DNA of 64,000 nt, taken from positions 32,001-96,000 of the forward strand of contig JBGTGT010000121.1 of the NCBI GenBank assembly GCA_041746575.1. The letters are read 5' to 3'. Origin of the DNA: Microcystaceae cyanobacterium (GTDB taxonomy: Bacteria; Cyanobacteriota; Cyanobacteriia; Cyanobacteriales; Microcystaceae). Under the pieces are notes generated by a model. The model saw only the letters and a program-made list of their open reading frames with translations, was not told the DNA's origin and ran no database searches. Each line of letters starts with the position of its first letter. Positions within the stretch are counted from its first letter, which is position 1. Made by a program: the position numbers and the translations under genes. Of the stretch, positions 8,902 to 19,823 are shown one piece after another.

Positions 8902-9816
8902 TCATAATGACGGTTTAGGGAGATACTGATGCCAATGGTCAGCAATCTCGATTCGCTTACAAATCCAAACCTGATCAGGTTGTTGGATATAATCTAAAAA
9001 TCGAGCTAAAGCCCCTGCTCGTCCAGGGCGACCTGCTAGACGGCAATGTAAGCCAATACTCATCATTTTAGGGGTTTTTTCTCCTTCTGCATACAGAATG
9101 TCAAAGGCATCTCGTAAATAGGCGTAGAATTGATCCCCTGAATTGAAGCCTTGTGTCGTGGCAAAGCGCATATCATTATTATCAAGGGTATAGGGAATTA
9201 CCAAATGAGGTTTACCATAATCATGAACCCAATAGGGTAGATCATCGGCATAACTATCCGAATCATAGAGAAATCCTCCCTCTTCTACTACTAATTTACG
9301 AGTTTGAGGACTATTTCTCCCAGTGTACCACCCCAACGGTCGCTTTCCGGTCACTTCTGTATGAATGGCGATCGCTTTTTGCAAGTGTTCTTGTTCTTCT
9401 GCTTCCCCAAAATAACGATAGTCAATCCAGCGATACCCATGACTGGCAATTTCCCAATTCGCTTCGTTCATCGCCGCTACAGCTTCAGGATTGCGAGCCA
9501 GTGCCATGGCAACACCGTAAACGGTAACAGGAATTTTTCTTTGGGTAAATAAGCGATATAATCGCCAAAAACCTGCCCGACTGCCATATTCATAGCAGGA
9601 TTCCATGTTCATGTGGCGTAATCCCATCAAAGGCACTGCCCCCACAATCTCAGATAAAAAGGTTTCTGAGGATTGATCGCCGTGTAAAATACAGGTTTCT
9701 CCTCCTTCTTCATAATTAATGACAAATTGAACGGCAACACGAGCATTATTAATCCATTTTGGGTCAGGGGGATATTGCCCATAACCGATCATCTCTCTCG
9801 GATAAGATAATGACAT
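8902..9816 (-). CDS. puuE: Allantoinase PuuE (polysaccharide deacetylase fold)
   Basis: VQFVINYEEGGE, ES.YEYGSRAGFWR, SHGYRW, YTLDNNDMRF and GLHCRL.GRPGR motifs. Confidence 0.92.
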   Translation of the reverse strand: MSLSYPREMIGYGQYPPDPKWINNARVAVQFVINYEEGGETCILHGDQSSETFLSEIVGAVPLMGLRHMNMESCYEYGSRAGFWRLYRLFTQRKIPVTVYGVAMALARNPEAVAAMNEANWEIASHGYRWIDYRYFGEAEEQEHLQKAIAIHTEVTGKRPLGWYTGRNSPQTRKLVVEEGGFLYDSDSYADDLPYWVHDYGKPHLVIPYTLDNNDMRFATTQGFNSGDQFYAYLRDAFDILYAEGEKTPKMMSIGLHCRLAGRPGRAGALARFLDYIQQPDQVWICKRIEIADHWHQYLPKPSL

Positions 9817-9858
9817 AGGTTAAGTAGTATAAAAGACAAAATAACAGGGAAGAAATTA

Positions 9859-10254
9859 TTAACTATTAACGACTAAACTGGCTTTATACATCGCCCATCC
9901 GCCTAAATGGGAAATATCTGGCCAATTGTATTGATCAATTAGAGATTTTGGGTACAAAAACGCTGTTGCTGTCTCTCCTCCCTCTAAATGCACCGTAGCA
10001 GGATACATATTAGGGGGTTCATTACGGGCAAGATAGTCAAATTGTTCGTCTGTTAATTCATAGACTTCCCCCGGAATAGAAATTCCTCCTTCTTCGACCT
10101 CGTAAATGGCGGGATGCCAGCCATTACCCGCAGAATGAAGACGATAGCAGGACTCTGTCGCCGCTTCTTGAATAAATTGGGCAGATTGCAGGTTTTGATG
10201 GTCGGGTTGTCCCCGTAAAGCAGAACCACAGATAAAGACTCGTTTCATAGTCAA
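9859..10254 (-). CDS. Gamma-glutamylcyclotransferase-fold protein (allophanate hydrolase C-domain-like)
   Basis: VFICGSALRG, GEVYE, EP and DIS..GGW motifs. Confidence 0.75.
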   Translation of the reverse strand: MTMKRVFICGSALRGQPDHQNLQSAQFIQEAATESCYRLHSAGNGWHPAIYEVEEGGISIPGEVYELTDEQFDYLARNEPPNMYPATVHLEGGETATAFLYPKSLIDQYNWPDISHLGGWAMYKASLVVNS

Positions 10255-10264
10255 CTTCTTTTTT

Positions 10265-10279
10265 TGTATACAGTATACA
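10265..10279. promoter_or_regulatory. Palindromic operator candidate TGTATAC-a-GTATACA
   Basis: Perfect 7-1-7 inverted repeat about 10 nt upstream of the first gene of the purine cluster. Confidence 0.5.
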
Positions 10280-10430
10280 GCATAGCAAATTTTGGAGAGT
10301 TAAGATAAATTTAAGCTTAAGAATTGTTGAACTTACCGAAATTTAAGCCTAAAAAAAAGCCAATTGCCTTTAAAAGCAACCAGCTATCTCAGTGAGAAAT
10401 TTTCTAATCTATTCGATTAAATTTGAGCAA

Positions 10431-10745
10431 TTAGGCAACAGGTTCATTTTCTGGGACGGTGTTAATAGGAATTTCTCCCATCGGTTGCGCATCTGCATTC
10501 ACCGTGTCTCCTGCTACGCCTTGACGTTGTTTACGATGGTCAATCACAAGGCGAGACAGTTCGGCAGTGAGTAAAGTTAATAACATTCCGTCGTCAATCC
10601 AACCAATAATCGGCAAGAAATCAGGGGAAATATCAATGGGACTAAATAAATAAGCTAACGTACCAAGAACAATAAACCAGCGATATTTAGGATGACTAAT
10701 TTTGCTGCTGTACCAATTGTAGAAAGAAGTAACAATAGATTTCAT
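10431..10745 (-). CDS. YkvA / DUF1232 family membrane protein
   Basis: YLFSPIDISPDFLPIIGWIDD motif. Confidence 0.9.
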   Translation of the reverse strand: MKSIVTSFYNWYSSKISHPKYRWFIVLGTLAYLFSPIDISPDFLPIIGWIDDGMLLTLLTAELSRLVIDHRKQRQGVAGDTVNADAQPMGEIPINTVPENEPVA

Positions 10746-11092
10746 TTCCGAAACTCCAAATCTCGATTAATTCTATTTTCCCTGATCGATCATTATTTGA
10801 ACAGGATGATAACGCGATAAGATTAGGTGGGTTTCCTCCCTTGATTTCAAAGAGAAAACCTTATACTTTTGAGGGAAAGTTTATCATTATTGATTGTGCC
10901 AGTTTTCTAACTGTCCTTTTTAGCAGAAACTGATGTGTGGTTCTATCGCAAATCGAGAAGAGACAGAAGGAAATGAGAAATCAGTAGTCAGGTCGTTCAA
11001 CTGCACAATGAGCTTTACATACAATAGAGGAAAACTTTAGATTCTGTTAAGATTGTTACACCCATTTAATCCAAGTTAAGAGAATACGAGTT

Positions 11093-11788
11093 ATGTCTTC
11101 TAAATCAATTGTGATCGCTCCTTCCATTTTATCTGCTGATTTTAGCCGTTTGGGGGCAGAAATTGAAGCTGTTGACCAAGCAGGGGCTGATTGGATCCAT
11201 GTTGATGTGATGGATGGTCGTTTTGTTCCCAATATCACCATTGGTCCTCTAATTGTCGATGCCATTCGTCCCCATACGAAAAAACCCCTCGATGTGCATT
11301 TAATGATTGTCGAACCCGAAAAATATGTTGAAGACTTCGCTAAGGCAGGAGCCGATATTATCTCCGTTCACGCCGAACACAATGCGTCTCCCCATCTTCA
11401 TCGTACCCTCGGACAGATTCGAGAACTCGGTAAAAAGGCCGGTGTTGTTCTGAATCCCTCCACACCATTAGATTTGATTGAGTATGTCTTAGAACTCTGT
11501 GATTTAATCTTGATTATGAGTGTGAATCCCGGTTTTGGCGGTCAAAGCTTTATTCCCGAAGTTGTGCCTAAAATTCGCAAATTACGTCAAATGTGCGATG
11601 AAAAAGGCTTAGATCCTTGGATTGAAGTAGATGGCGGACTGAAACCCACAAATACATGGCAAGTCTTAGAAGCCGGCGCCAATGCGATTGTGGCAGGGTC
11701 TGCCGTTTTTAAAGCGCCTAATTATGCCGATGCCATTGAGGGGATTCGCAACAGTAGACGTTCTCAACCGGAACTGGCAACAGTTTAG
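11093..11788 (+). CDS. rpe: Ribulose-phosphate 3-epimerase
   Basis: [32 protein letters not shown] and EVDGG motifs. Confidence 0.97.
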   Translation: MSSKSIVIAPSILSADFSRLGAEIEAVDQAGADWIHVDVMDGRFVPNITIGPLIVDAIRPHTKKPLDVHLMIVEPEKYVEDFAKAGADIISVHAEHNASPHLHRTLGQIRELGKKAGVVLNPSTPLDLIEYVLELCDLILIMSVNPGFGGQSFIPEVVPKIRKLRQMCDEKGLDPWIEVDGGLKPTNTWQVLEAGANAIVAGSAVFKAPNYADAIEGIRNSRRSQPELATV

Positions 11789-11801
11789 TTTAACCTTTGA
11801 T

Positions 11802-11828
11802 GGGGTGCAAACATCCGCGCCCCTTTTT
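11802..11828 (+). terminator. Putative intrinsic terminator of rpe
   Basis: GGGGTGC-loop-GCGCCCC stem followed by TTTTT. Confidence 0.6.
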
Positions 11829-11877
11829 CGGGTAAAAACAATCATAAATCTGGCACCCATCTGTTTAACGGTGAACT

Positions 11878-14800
11878 TTAAAATTGTCGTTCGTAACGCA
11901 CTTTAAACTCATTGAAAGTATAATCGTAAGAAAAGCGCAAAAATGAAGGATTTTCTACTTCTTCACCTTCTTTTTCAGGATTTAAGCTATAAATGGCCTC
12001 TAAAAAGGGAACAACCCGAAAATCGGTTGAACCAATCGTATCACTAATAGACGTTTCAATATCATAAATCACCCCCTGAAAGACCATCGGCAAGGCAATC
12101 TGCACGATTCCTGATTGAATCAATTGTTCGGTGTTGCCGGTTTGTAAAGAGTCTGCGATAGCAAGGAATTGCTCAGCTAATAAACGCACAATTTGACCTT
12201 CAGTTCGGGGTGGACGACTGGAGAGTTTAACGGCAGGACTTTGGATAATATCACCTTCGGCAGCATTAACAATGGCTAAATATTGAATACACTGTTCCAT
12301 GCGCTCTAATTCTACCTCAGACAAAGAGGCTTCCCCTCGAATCGGACGTAAATCATCGGGATGGAGATCACAAATTTGCTGACCACTTATCCCCAAATTA
12401 GGTAAAATTTGACGTAATTGGCCATTAATATCCAAATTAACATCAATCCGTTGTACCCGATTCAAGCTATCGTCTAAAATCTCATTACTGGTGTCAGAAA
12501 GCCGCTTACGAGTGTTCGGAATCTCTGAGACGATGGTACGCATCGCAATATCGAGATCGGGGTTAAAAATTCCTTGATTAGGGCTAAAAGTAATCGAATT
12601 AGACGCACGACGGTCTAATAAAAAGCGGGTATCTACAAGGTTAATTTGTCCCCGACTGAGTTTAATTTCCCCGACAGGACGCAGTTGATTTAAGTCTAGG
12701 GTATTCAGCGTCCCATTGACCTGAATGACTCCGCCAAAATCAAAACCATAAAGGGGCAATTGTTCAACGGATAATGCCTCTAAACTCACGGTGAAATCCT
12801 GTAAGGTGGGTACAATCGGTAAAAACTGAGGTCGTTGTAGATTCGGTCTGAACCAACGTTGATACGCCAGTTGTTCTTGGAGACTTGCGGAGGATGTTTC
12901 TGCTGTTTTTTGAGACTTAGGAACAAAAATTTGACCATTCGCAAGGGTTACATTGCCCCGAATCGTCGGTTTTAAGGCGGTTTGAGTCACCTGTATCAGT
13001 CCTTCGACTTCTCCTGTATAAAGTCCCGTTATATCGACGCTTGCTTTCTCTATCGCCACCGTTAAGGGATTTGCGAGGGAACGCGCTTCAAAGATAGGTA
13101 ATGCCCCCGTTATTAAAACATTACTATTGGCATATTGTCCTTGTAATTGGTCAATTTGGATAATATCTCTCGTAAAATTAATTTGACCGTTCACCACAAG
13201 CGGCCCTGGTAAGGATGAACTGGCAAAGGTGGTATTTTCTAGGTTGACTTGTCCTTGCGCCACAAATCTGAAATCAAATTTGTCTTGAGTATTTAAAGTC
13301 CCTGTTACGTCTAGGTTAACATCCCCTTGACCATCTAACCAGACAATTTGGTCTTGAGTTAGCAAATTAATCCATTTTAGAGCTTCTGTACCGATTCTTA
13401 CTCGTACATCTACTTGATCATTCACCTCAGGTTGCGCTGGATACGGAAGACTGGCATAGAGTTGAATTGAGTCTGGGGCAGTGGTTTGAGTGATTAAACG
13501 GGCATTTTCATAAAGAAATTGACCTTTTATGTCTTGATTAATACGTCTCGCGTTGATGGCACCCTCAGTGAAAGCAAAATTTCCCTGTACTTTTGGATTG
13601 AAGGTTTGACCGGAAATTGTCCCTGTTAAATTGAGATCCCCCGTAAAATCTAAAGGAATATCAACAAATTCTTTAACTGTATCGACAGAAAGATTACTAA
13701 TCACAAAATTTGACTGAATCTCTTTAACCGATAGCGTTCCTTGAAGATCTGCCACCATATCCCGTAATTGTAATCCAGCCGTTTGAATCTTCACCACCCC
13801 GTCTTCTAAGGTAGCCAATAAACGCACATCCCGAATAGGAATCGCCTGATCGCCTTCGGTAATCAAGCCAAGGGGGGGAACAATGTTCGGAATCGGAGGT
13901 TGCGGTTGCCATTGCCAGCGATCGCCTTGAAAGGCGACCATTAACTGGGGATCTTGTAAGGTGCCATCTAAAGTGACTGCGGTGGTAAATGCGCCTCTAA
14001 TGTCTAATTCAGTGGGAATTCCGCCTTTCTGTAAAATTTCGGCGTATTCTTTGATTTTTCGGTCAATAACTGCCAATAGATTCACCTGTGAAGCAATAGT
14101 AGCGTTTACGTCCCCTGCTTGCGGTGTCGGTTTTAAAACACTGGCAGACGCATAGTCAATGGCTCTAAACTTAAGCAAATTGACCAAACTCTGAATATCA
14201 CTAATTTTCAAGGCAGTCAGAATATCTTCAACATAGCCTCGATCCACGTCTAATTTCGCAAAAATTGCGCCTGAATTAAAGTTTAATGAGCCAATCAGGT
14301 CATAATTGCTTCTACCAACGACTAATCTTCCTTGTTCGAGTTGCGCCACCCCATTCTCATAAGCCAGTTGTGCCGTAATTTTATCTCCTTCAATTAATCC
14401 GATACCGGGTTGGTCAATTTCTAATGTGCCTCGTCCGTCTAAGGTAAAGAGATTGATGTCGGTTGTCAATTTCACGCCACCTCTAATAAAGCCGTTAATG
14501 CCGTATTCTTCTAGGGGCGCAATTTTTAGTAAATCAAGCGAAAAAGTGTCTATTTCTGCTAATAAGCGATCGCCTTTTCGTTCACCGACGGCTACGAGAG
14601 GAGGATTATCCTCATAAATCTGCTTAATCGCGAATGAGGTAGGTAAATAAGGCGCAGCACAGTCAGAGCGGGTACAAGGATCAAGTTTTGCGGCAATAAC
14701 GTCTTGTTGTCCCTGTAAATTAAGATTAATACTTCGTCCTAACCCTGCATTGAGCGTTCCTTGCAGAAGCGGTTCAAATGGACGTTGATTAAAACTGAAG

Positions 14801-17800
14801 TTAGTGAGGCTCACATTACCGACTAATTGGGTATTTCCTGCGGCTGTAGGAGCAGTCAACAGGTTTTTACCGCTAAATTGTCCTGAAAATTCACCCAATC
14901 CTGTCAGGTCTAATTCTTGAGGCAATAGGGTACGTTTAACGGGAATCAACGTCAAAATTTCTTCAAGGGGCAGTCGATTAAGGTTACTGCGAGCATTAAT
15001 GTTAAAATTCGCCGTGGCAATATCCGGCTGACGGGTTAAATCGGTGATCAAAAGACGACCATCACCCTTGACGCGTTGATCATCCCAATTGGCGTTGAAG
15101 CTGGAGACTGTAAGGGGAAGGGTGGCGTTTTCTCCGAAAATTTGCCCCAAATTGCCACTAACATCTGCGGTTGCGTCAACGGACTCTTGGAGAATAGAGA
15201 CATCTGAACAAGCTGCAGGAACTAGGGAGCAGAAAGCACGCGGTTTCACCCCATTAGCCACTATATCGGCAGTAAATTGATTGCCATTGAGGCGACTATC
15301 TACATTAATCTTGCCCTCGGCGGCTAGTGCGTTGGCTGTTGCTGTCCCCTCGAAACTGCTCAAATCAGGAGTTGTGTTGAGGGATTGAATTAATGCGTTA
15401 AGATTTCCGGCAATATTGACATTACTATTCAGTAAACTGGCAGAAATAGGCAAGTTAGGAAAAATTCGATCAAGGGGAAGACGACCTGTATTAGCAACAA
15501 GATCAAGAATTCCCCGTTTAACAGTGGCAATCGCATTAACCGGACTTCCTGCAAGGCTTAATTGCGAATTAAGGTTTAAATTAACGGAGGTTAGATCAGC
15601 AGGTGATTTTTCTAGTAATTCAGGTAAAGATGCCGTCAAGTCAATCTTGGCACGATTCACCCGAGCCGGAACGGTTAAATTCGGCAAAAAGGGATTAAGA
15701 TTTACTTGAGAGGTAAGGATATCTGCCGTTAAGATTCCCTGAGATAAGTTGCCATCAACATTCACATTTCCGTCATCAACCCCTAAAACAGCGTTTAATT
15801 CTCCCTGAAGTTGATTCAAGTTTAATCGCTCAATATTCCCTGAAATATTCCCGGTGGCGCGTCTTAGGAATAAATTTTGCGTTAATAGTCCTTCTGGACA
15901 TTGACCCGTTTCCTGACAATATAAACGAACGTAGGGATTGAGATTAATCTCTGAGGTTTGCAAATTGCCATCCAGATTCCCTTGAGATAACGTACCCGCA
16001 ACCACAAAGTCACCCTCATTAATCATTAAATTGGCATTCAATGCACCTTTGAGTTGGTCTAAATTGAGTTGATTGATATTTCCGGTTAAACGTCCTCTGG
16101 CATTCCGAACCCTGATATTTTGCGTTAACAGAGAAGACGGACATTGATTCGTTTCTTGACAATAAATCGCAATATAAGGATTTAGATTTAAGCTGGCTGT
16201 TTGGAAATTTCCGCTAATATTACCTTGTCTTAAAAGAGCATTAACATTAACATTTCCTTCATTAATATCCAACAACGCGTCCACATTAGCATTAATTTTA
16301 TCAAGGGATAATTGATTGAGATTTGCTCCTAAATTAATCTTTGCCTTCGTCACCGAAACTTGTTGCGTTAACACACTGTCAGGACATTCAATAAAATTTT
16401 GACAAACTATTGGGATAAAAGGAGATAACGCAAAAGAACGAGCCTCTAAAACCGCTTGTAATTTGTTCGTTTTAAAACTGCCTTTACCCTTTAAATCGGC
16501 TTTTCCGCCGTTGGTTTGCGATAAGGTATTGTCGAAACTAAAGTTTTGTCCTGATAATAAAATTTCTCCTTCTCCTGTAATGCCAACTCCTGCGACCTGA
16601 CTCGGTTTAGGAGCATTCCAATTAATTTTTCCTTGCAAATTTTGCCACGTTCCTTTAAAAGATCCTGTGGCTTTCAGTGGACTAAAAGTGACCGTTTGAG
16701 TCGGCGTTATATAAGACTTTAAGAGTTCTTGAGTGGGTAAATTAGCGGTAAAATCTAAGGCTAAAGGCAGGGTTGTCCAATTCGTCTTTTTGTTGTTTTC
16801 TATTTTATCTTTAAAATCGGTTTTTAATTGTCCTTTAGCGAGAATTATTCCGCCTTCCGTGGGAACAGCTTGTAATTGCGATAGTAAAATTCTATCGAAT
16901 GTTGCTTGAAATTGAGCCTCTAGTTTTTTAAAGTTTGTCTTTGCTAATCGAATCGGTTTCGTATTTTCAATCACTCCCGTGACAATAGGATCTAAAACTT
17001 TCCCCCGTACTTGAATTTTACTGCGGACTTCTCCGATTAATTCTATCGGTAGCTTAGCATTAATAACTTGCAATAATTCAGTAATTTGAAAGGGTTTAAG
17101 ATCAATATTTAAATTCAATCCTTGTTGCCAATCTACATTTCCTTTTACTTGAGCATTCAATTGACCTACACTTAAATTTAGTTGCTCAACGAATAATTTT
17201 TGCCCTGCTAAATTTAACGCAATGTTAGCTTGAATCGGTCTTTTAATCGTGGGAATTTGTGCCGCTAAATTGCTTAAGTCAATATTTCCATTTCCTTTTG
17301 TTCCTTCAATTCTCTCAAGAGAAGGCACGTTTAAATTAAAATCAGCTTGAAATGTCCCTTTGTTGACGGTGGCAACAGACTTTGGAATTAATGCCGCCAA
17401 TTCCCTTAAATTTAATTCTTGAATCAAAATATCGGCTTGGGTTTGACCAAAATTTTCCCCAGCGATATCACTTTCTCCTTCTAATTGAATGGCACTCCCT
17501 AATAGTTGCGCCTCCAAATCGTAGCGAATTTTTTGATCCTTCCCGCCGCGATATAAATACCCTCCGCTACCCTCTGCTTGCAAAGTAACGGTTTTTTTCA
17601 GTGCATTAGGAACAAGAGCAACATCCGCATCTTTGAGATTGACCTTAATGTCTAAGCCAATGGGAAGATCTCTTTTTTCTCCTTCTGGAAAATCCGGTAA
17701 TTCGAGCCATTTCCCTGTTTTATCCTGTTCAATGTAAAAATTGGGGTCAGTAACCGTTACCGTAGCGGCTAAAGGAAGACCGACAAAGATGGGAAGGAGA

Positions 17801-18138
17801 TTAAAATTAATGAGAATTTCTTTTATTTCCCCATGATCAGGGTCAGTCGGGGTTTTAGGGAGGGTTGATTGGCCAATGCGAATATGATTCAAGGAAAAGC
17901 TCTCTACTTCTCCCACATTAACGGGTCGTTGTAACAATTGACTCAGCTGAGACGATAACAGCGGAGAAAGACGTTGATAGGCGAAGTACTGCATCCCTGC
18001 GTAGGTTGCGACGCCGAGAGTGAGCAAAATGCCACCACCCACGAGGGTAGAAGGCTTCTTTAACCATCGCCATAAAATCGCTGTCAAATTCCGTCTTGGG
18101 GGTTCTGACGGGCTTTCGGGGGGTAAATTAGTCATCAC
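11878..18138 (-). CDS. tamB: Translocation/assembly module TamB (AsmA-like) protein
   Basis: 2086 aa with an N-terminal TM anchor, long amphipathic beta repeats and C-terminal NPDLDI...YERQF pattern. Confidence 0.8.
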   Translation of the reverse strand: MMTNLPPESPSEPPRRNLTAILWRWLKKPSTLVGGGILLTLGVATYAGMQYFAYQRLSPLLSSQLSQLLQRPVNVGEVESFSLNHIRIGQSTLPKTPTDPDHGEIKEILINFNLLPIFVGLPLAATVTVTDPNFYIEQDKTGKWLELPDFPEGEKRDLPIGLDIKVNLKDADVALVPNALKKTVTLQAEGSGGYLYRGGKDQKIRYDLEAQLLGSAIQLEGESDIAGENFGQTQADILIQELNLRELAALIPKSVATVNKGTFQADFNLNVPSLERIEGTKGNGNIDLSNLAAQIPTIKRPIQANIALNLAGQKLFVEQLNLSVGQLNAQVKGNVDWQQGLNLNIDLKPFQITELLQVINAKLPIELIGEVRSKIQVRGKVLDPIVTGVIENTKPIRLAKTNFKKLEAQFQATFDRILLSQLQAVPTEGGIILAKGQLKTDFKDKIENNKKTNWTTLPLALDFTANLPTQELLKSYITPTQTVTFSPLKATGSFKGTWQNLQGKINWNAPKPSQVAGVGITGEGEILLSGQNFSFDNTLSQTNGGKADLKGKGSFKTNKLQAVLEARSFALSPFIPIVCQNFIECPDSVLTQQVSVTKAKINLGANLNQLSLDKINANVDALLDINEGNVNVNALLRQGNISGNFQTASLNLNPYIAIYCQETNQCPSSLLTQNIRVRNARGRLTGNINQLNLDQLKGALNANLMINEGDFVVAGTLSQGNLDGNLQTSEINLNPYVRLYCQETGQCPEGLLTQNLFLRRATGNISGNIERLNLNQLQGELNAVLGVDDGNVNVDGNLSQGILTADILTSQVNLNPFLPNLTVPARVNRAKIDLTASLPELLEKSPADLTSVNLNLNSQLSLAGSPVNAIATVKRGILDLVANTGRLPLDRIFPNLPISASLLNSNVNIAGNLNALIQSLNTTPDLSSFEGTATANALAAEGKINVDSRLNGNQFTADIVANGVKPRAFCSLVPAACSDVSILQESVDATADVSGNLGQIFGENATLPLTVSSFNANWDDQRVKGDGRLLITDLTRQPDIATANFNINARSNLNRLPLEEILTLIPVKRTLLPQELDLTGLGEFSGQFSGKNLLTAPTAAGNTQLVGNVSLTNFSFNQRPFEPLLQGTLNAGLGRSINLNLQGQQDVIAAKLDPCTRSDCAAPYLPTSFAIKQIYEDNPPLVAVGERKGDRLLAEIDTFSLDLLKIAPLEEYGINGFIRGGVKLTTDINLFTLDGRGTLEIDQPGIGLIEGDKITAQLAYENGVAQLEQGRLVVGRSNYDLIGSLNFNSGAIFAKLDVDRGYVEDILTALKISDIQSLVNLLKFRAIDYASASVLKPTPQAGDVNATIASQVNLLAVIDRKIKEYAEILQKGGIPTELDIRGAFTTAVTLDGTLQDPQLMVAFQGDRWQWQPQPPIPNIVPPLGLITEGDQAIPIRDVRLLATLEDGVVKIQTAGLQLRDMVADLQGTLSVKEIQSNFVISNLSVDTVKEFVDIPLDFTGDLNLTGTISGQTFNPKVQGNFAFTEGAINARRINQDIKGQFLYENARLITQTTAPDSIQLYASLPYPAQPEVNDQVDVRVRIGTEALKWINLLTQDQIVWLDGQGDVNLDVTGTLNTQDKFDFRFVAQGQVNLENTTFASSSLPGPLVVNGQINFTRDIIQIDQLQGQYANSNVLITGALPIFEARSLANPLTVAIEKASVDITGLYTGEVEGLIQVTQTALKPTIRGNVTLANGQIFVPKSQKTAETSSASLQEQLAYQRWFRPNLQRPQFLPIVPTLQDFTVSLEALSVEQLPLYGFDFGGVIQVNGTLNTLDLNQLRPVGEIKLSRGQINLVDTRFLLDRRASNSITFSPNQGIFNPDLDIAMRTIVSEIPNTRKRLSDTSNEILDDSLNRVQRIDVNLDINGQLRQILPNLGISGQQICDLHPDDLRPIRGEASLSEVELERMEQCIQYLAIVNAAEGDIIQSPAVKLSSRPPRTEGQIVRLLAEQFLAIADSLQTGNTEQLIQSGIVQIALPMVFQGVIYDIETSISDTIGSTDFRVVPFLEAIYSLNPEKEGEEVENPSFLRFSYDYTFNEFKVRYERQF
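15700..16440 (-). repeat. Internal 243-nt (81-aa) tandem repeats in TamB
   Basis: GGACATT anchors at 15896, 16139 and 16382 give an exact 243-nt period. Each unit carries LxP....CQxxxxCPxxxLTQ. Boundaries are approximate. Confidence 0.75.
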
Positions 18139-18261
18139 TCCTCACCATAATATTTCCCACACCACCTTTACCCTAACACAGGTTTTTAGGAAGCAAAGTT
18201 GGAATTGAAACAGATCTAAGAAGAGGTGAGGGGTAATTGTGATGGAATGATCAAGGACGAG

Positions 18262-18603
18262 TTACTGGTCGCCCGTTTTTTGGATATTATCAAGATGGGA
18301 TAAGGTAGAATCAAGGTTCTTCCGTTGTTCCATTTTACTGAGAAAATAACCTGTCATCATGGCAGATGCTAAAAGGTTGGCAAAATTTTCTCGGTCCGTC
18401 GTAATCTGAACATTGAAGGCATCAACAGGTAGCATACCGACTAATCCTTGCACATTTTGTGTAATAATGTCTTTGATCTCTGGACTAGCGGACTGGGCAA
18501 TCCGTGCCAAGGTTTCAGGATGCTGTTGTTGAAGATACTGAATCAGTGAGTTGATGTCTTGTTCTTCCGGTTCGGACGCAAAGAAATCTAAGTTAAATAC
18601 CAT
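18262..18603 (-). CDS. DUF760 family protein
   Basis: LIQYLQQQHPE, NVQGLVGMLP and LLASAMMTGYFL motifs. Confidence 0.85.
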   Translation of the reverse strand: MVFNLDFFASEPEEQDINSLIQYLQQQHPETLARIAQSASPEIKDIITQNVQGLVGMLPVDAFNVQITTDRENFANLLASAMMTGYFLSKMEQRKNLDSTLSHLDNIQKTGDQ

Positions 18604-18796
18604 TAGAACTCCGAGTTAGGAATCTGCTTGCCTTTTACTGTGACACACTTTACTGCCAAGCGACAAGAGTTTAATGTTTCTATGATAGCTTGGTTCTCAA
18701 AATTTAGCTTCATTAAAGGAAATCAGAAACAGGTGTTCGGTTTTAAGGATTGAATTTAAGCCGCATCCCTCACACCTTCTTATAACTGTTCGCTGT

Positions 18797-19744
18797 TCAG
18801 TAAAGCGATTTAATCCAATGCCATTCCGCTTCTAAACCTTCTCTTAAACTCACCTTCGGCTGATAACCTAAAATTTCCCTTGCTTTTGTCACATCTGCCG
18901 CTGTATGTCGTGCATCTCCCATGGCTGTTTCTTGATAATTTCGTTGAATAGAAAATCCAACAATTTGGTCAATTTGATCAAGAATGTCCTGTAAAACGAC
19001 CCTACTTCCCCCACCAATGTTGATAATTTCGCCAATTGCTTCAGGAACAGCGGCCGCCAGCAAATTTCCAGCAACTACATCCTCTACATAGGTAAAATCT
19101 CGTGTTTGCTGTCCATCTCCATAAATCGGAATCGCTTCCCCCACAATGGCCGCACGAAAAAACTTATGAAATCCCATATCTGGCCGTTGACGCGGCCCAT
19201 AAACAGAGAAATAGCGCAAAATGGTGATAGGAACCTTAAAATTTTGACAATAAAGCTGACATAAGCGTTCTGCTGCCAGTTTAGTAATACCGTAGGGGGA
19301 AACGGGTTGAGGACAGAGGATTTCAGGGGTGGGAAAGGTTTCGGCGTTGCCATAGATCGAAGAGGTGGAAGCATGGACAAAACGCTTTAAATTCGGCGAA
19401 TTTTTGGCTGCTTCAAGGATAATCTGGGTCGCATTAATATTTCGTTCTGTATAATCTAAAAAACTTTTGCCCCAACTCGCTCTGACGCCAGCTTGTGCGG
19501 CTTGGTGATAGATAACTTCTACTTGTTTGAGCAAACTTATCCAGTCTAAGTCTTGAATACTCGCTTCAATCAACTCAAACGATTTATATGACTGCAGGAA
19601 AGCCACATTTTTACGCTTTAATTGGGGGTCGTAATAGTCGTTAAAGTGATCAATGCCAATGACATGATTTCCTTGTTTTAATAAGGTTTCGGCTAAATTT
19701 GAGCCAATAAAGCCGGCAACACCGGTAACAATCGCAATAGTCAT
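18797..19744 (-). CDS. NAD-dependent nucleotide-sugar epimerase/dehydratase
   Basis: TGVAGFIGS, YGITK (YxxxK), VYGPRQRPDM and RDFTYV motifs. Confidence 0.92.
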   Translation of the reverse strand: MTIAIVTGVAGFIGSNLAETLLKQGNHVIGIDHFNDYYDPQLKRKNVAFLQSYKSFELIEASIQDLDWISLLKQVEVIYHQAAQAGVRASWGKSFLDYTERNINATQIILEAAKNSPNLKRFVHASTSSIYGNAETFPTPEILCPQPVSPYGITKLAAERLCQLYCQNFKVPITILRYFSVYGPRQRPDMGFHKFFRAAIVGEAIPIYGDGQQTRDFTYVEDVVAGNLLAAAVPEAIGEIINIGGGSRVVLQDILDQIDQIVGFSIQRNYQETAMGDARHTAADVTKAREILGYQPKVSLREGLEAEWHWIKSLY

Positions 19745-19823
19745 AGAATTGAGTAGATAAACTGAATCATTTTTAGTTCCCCCTAAGATAACAGGTTTAA
19801 GGCTTAATTTCGCTTTTTCTCAG

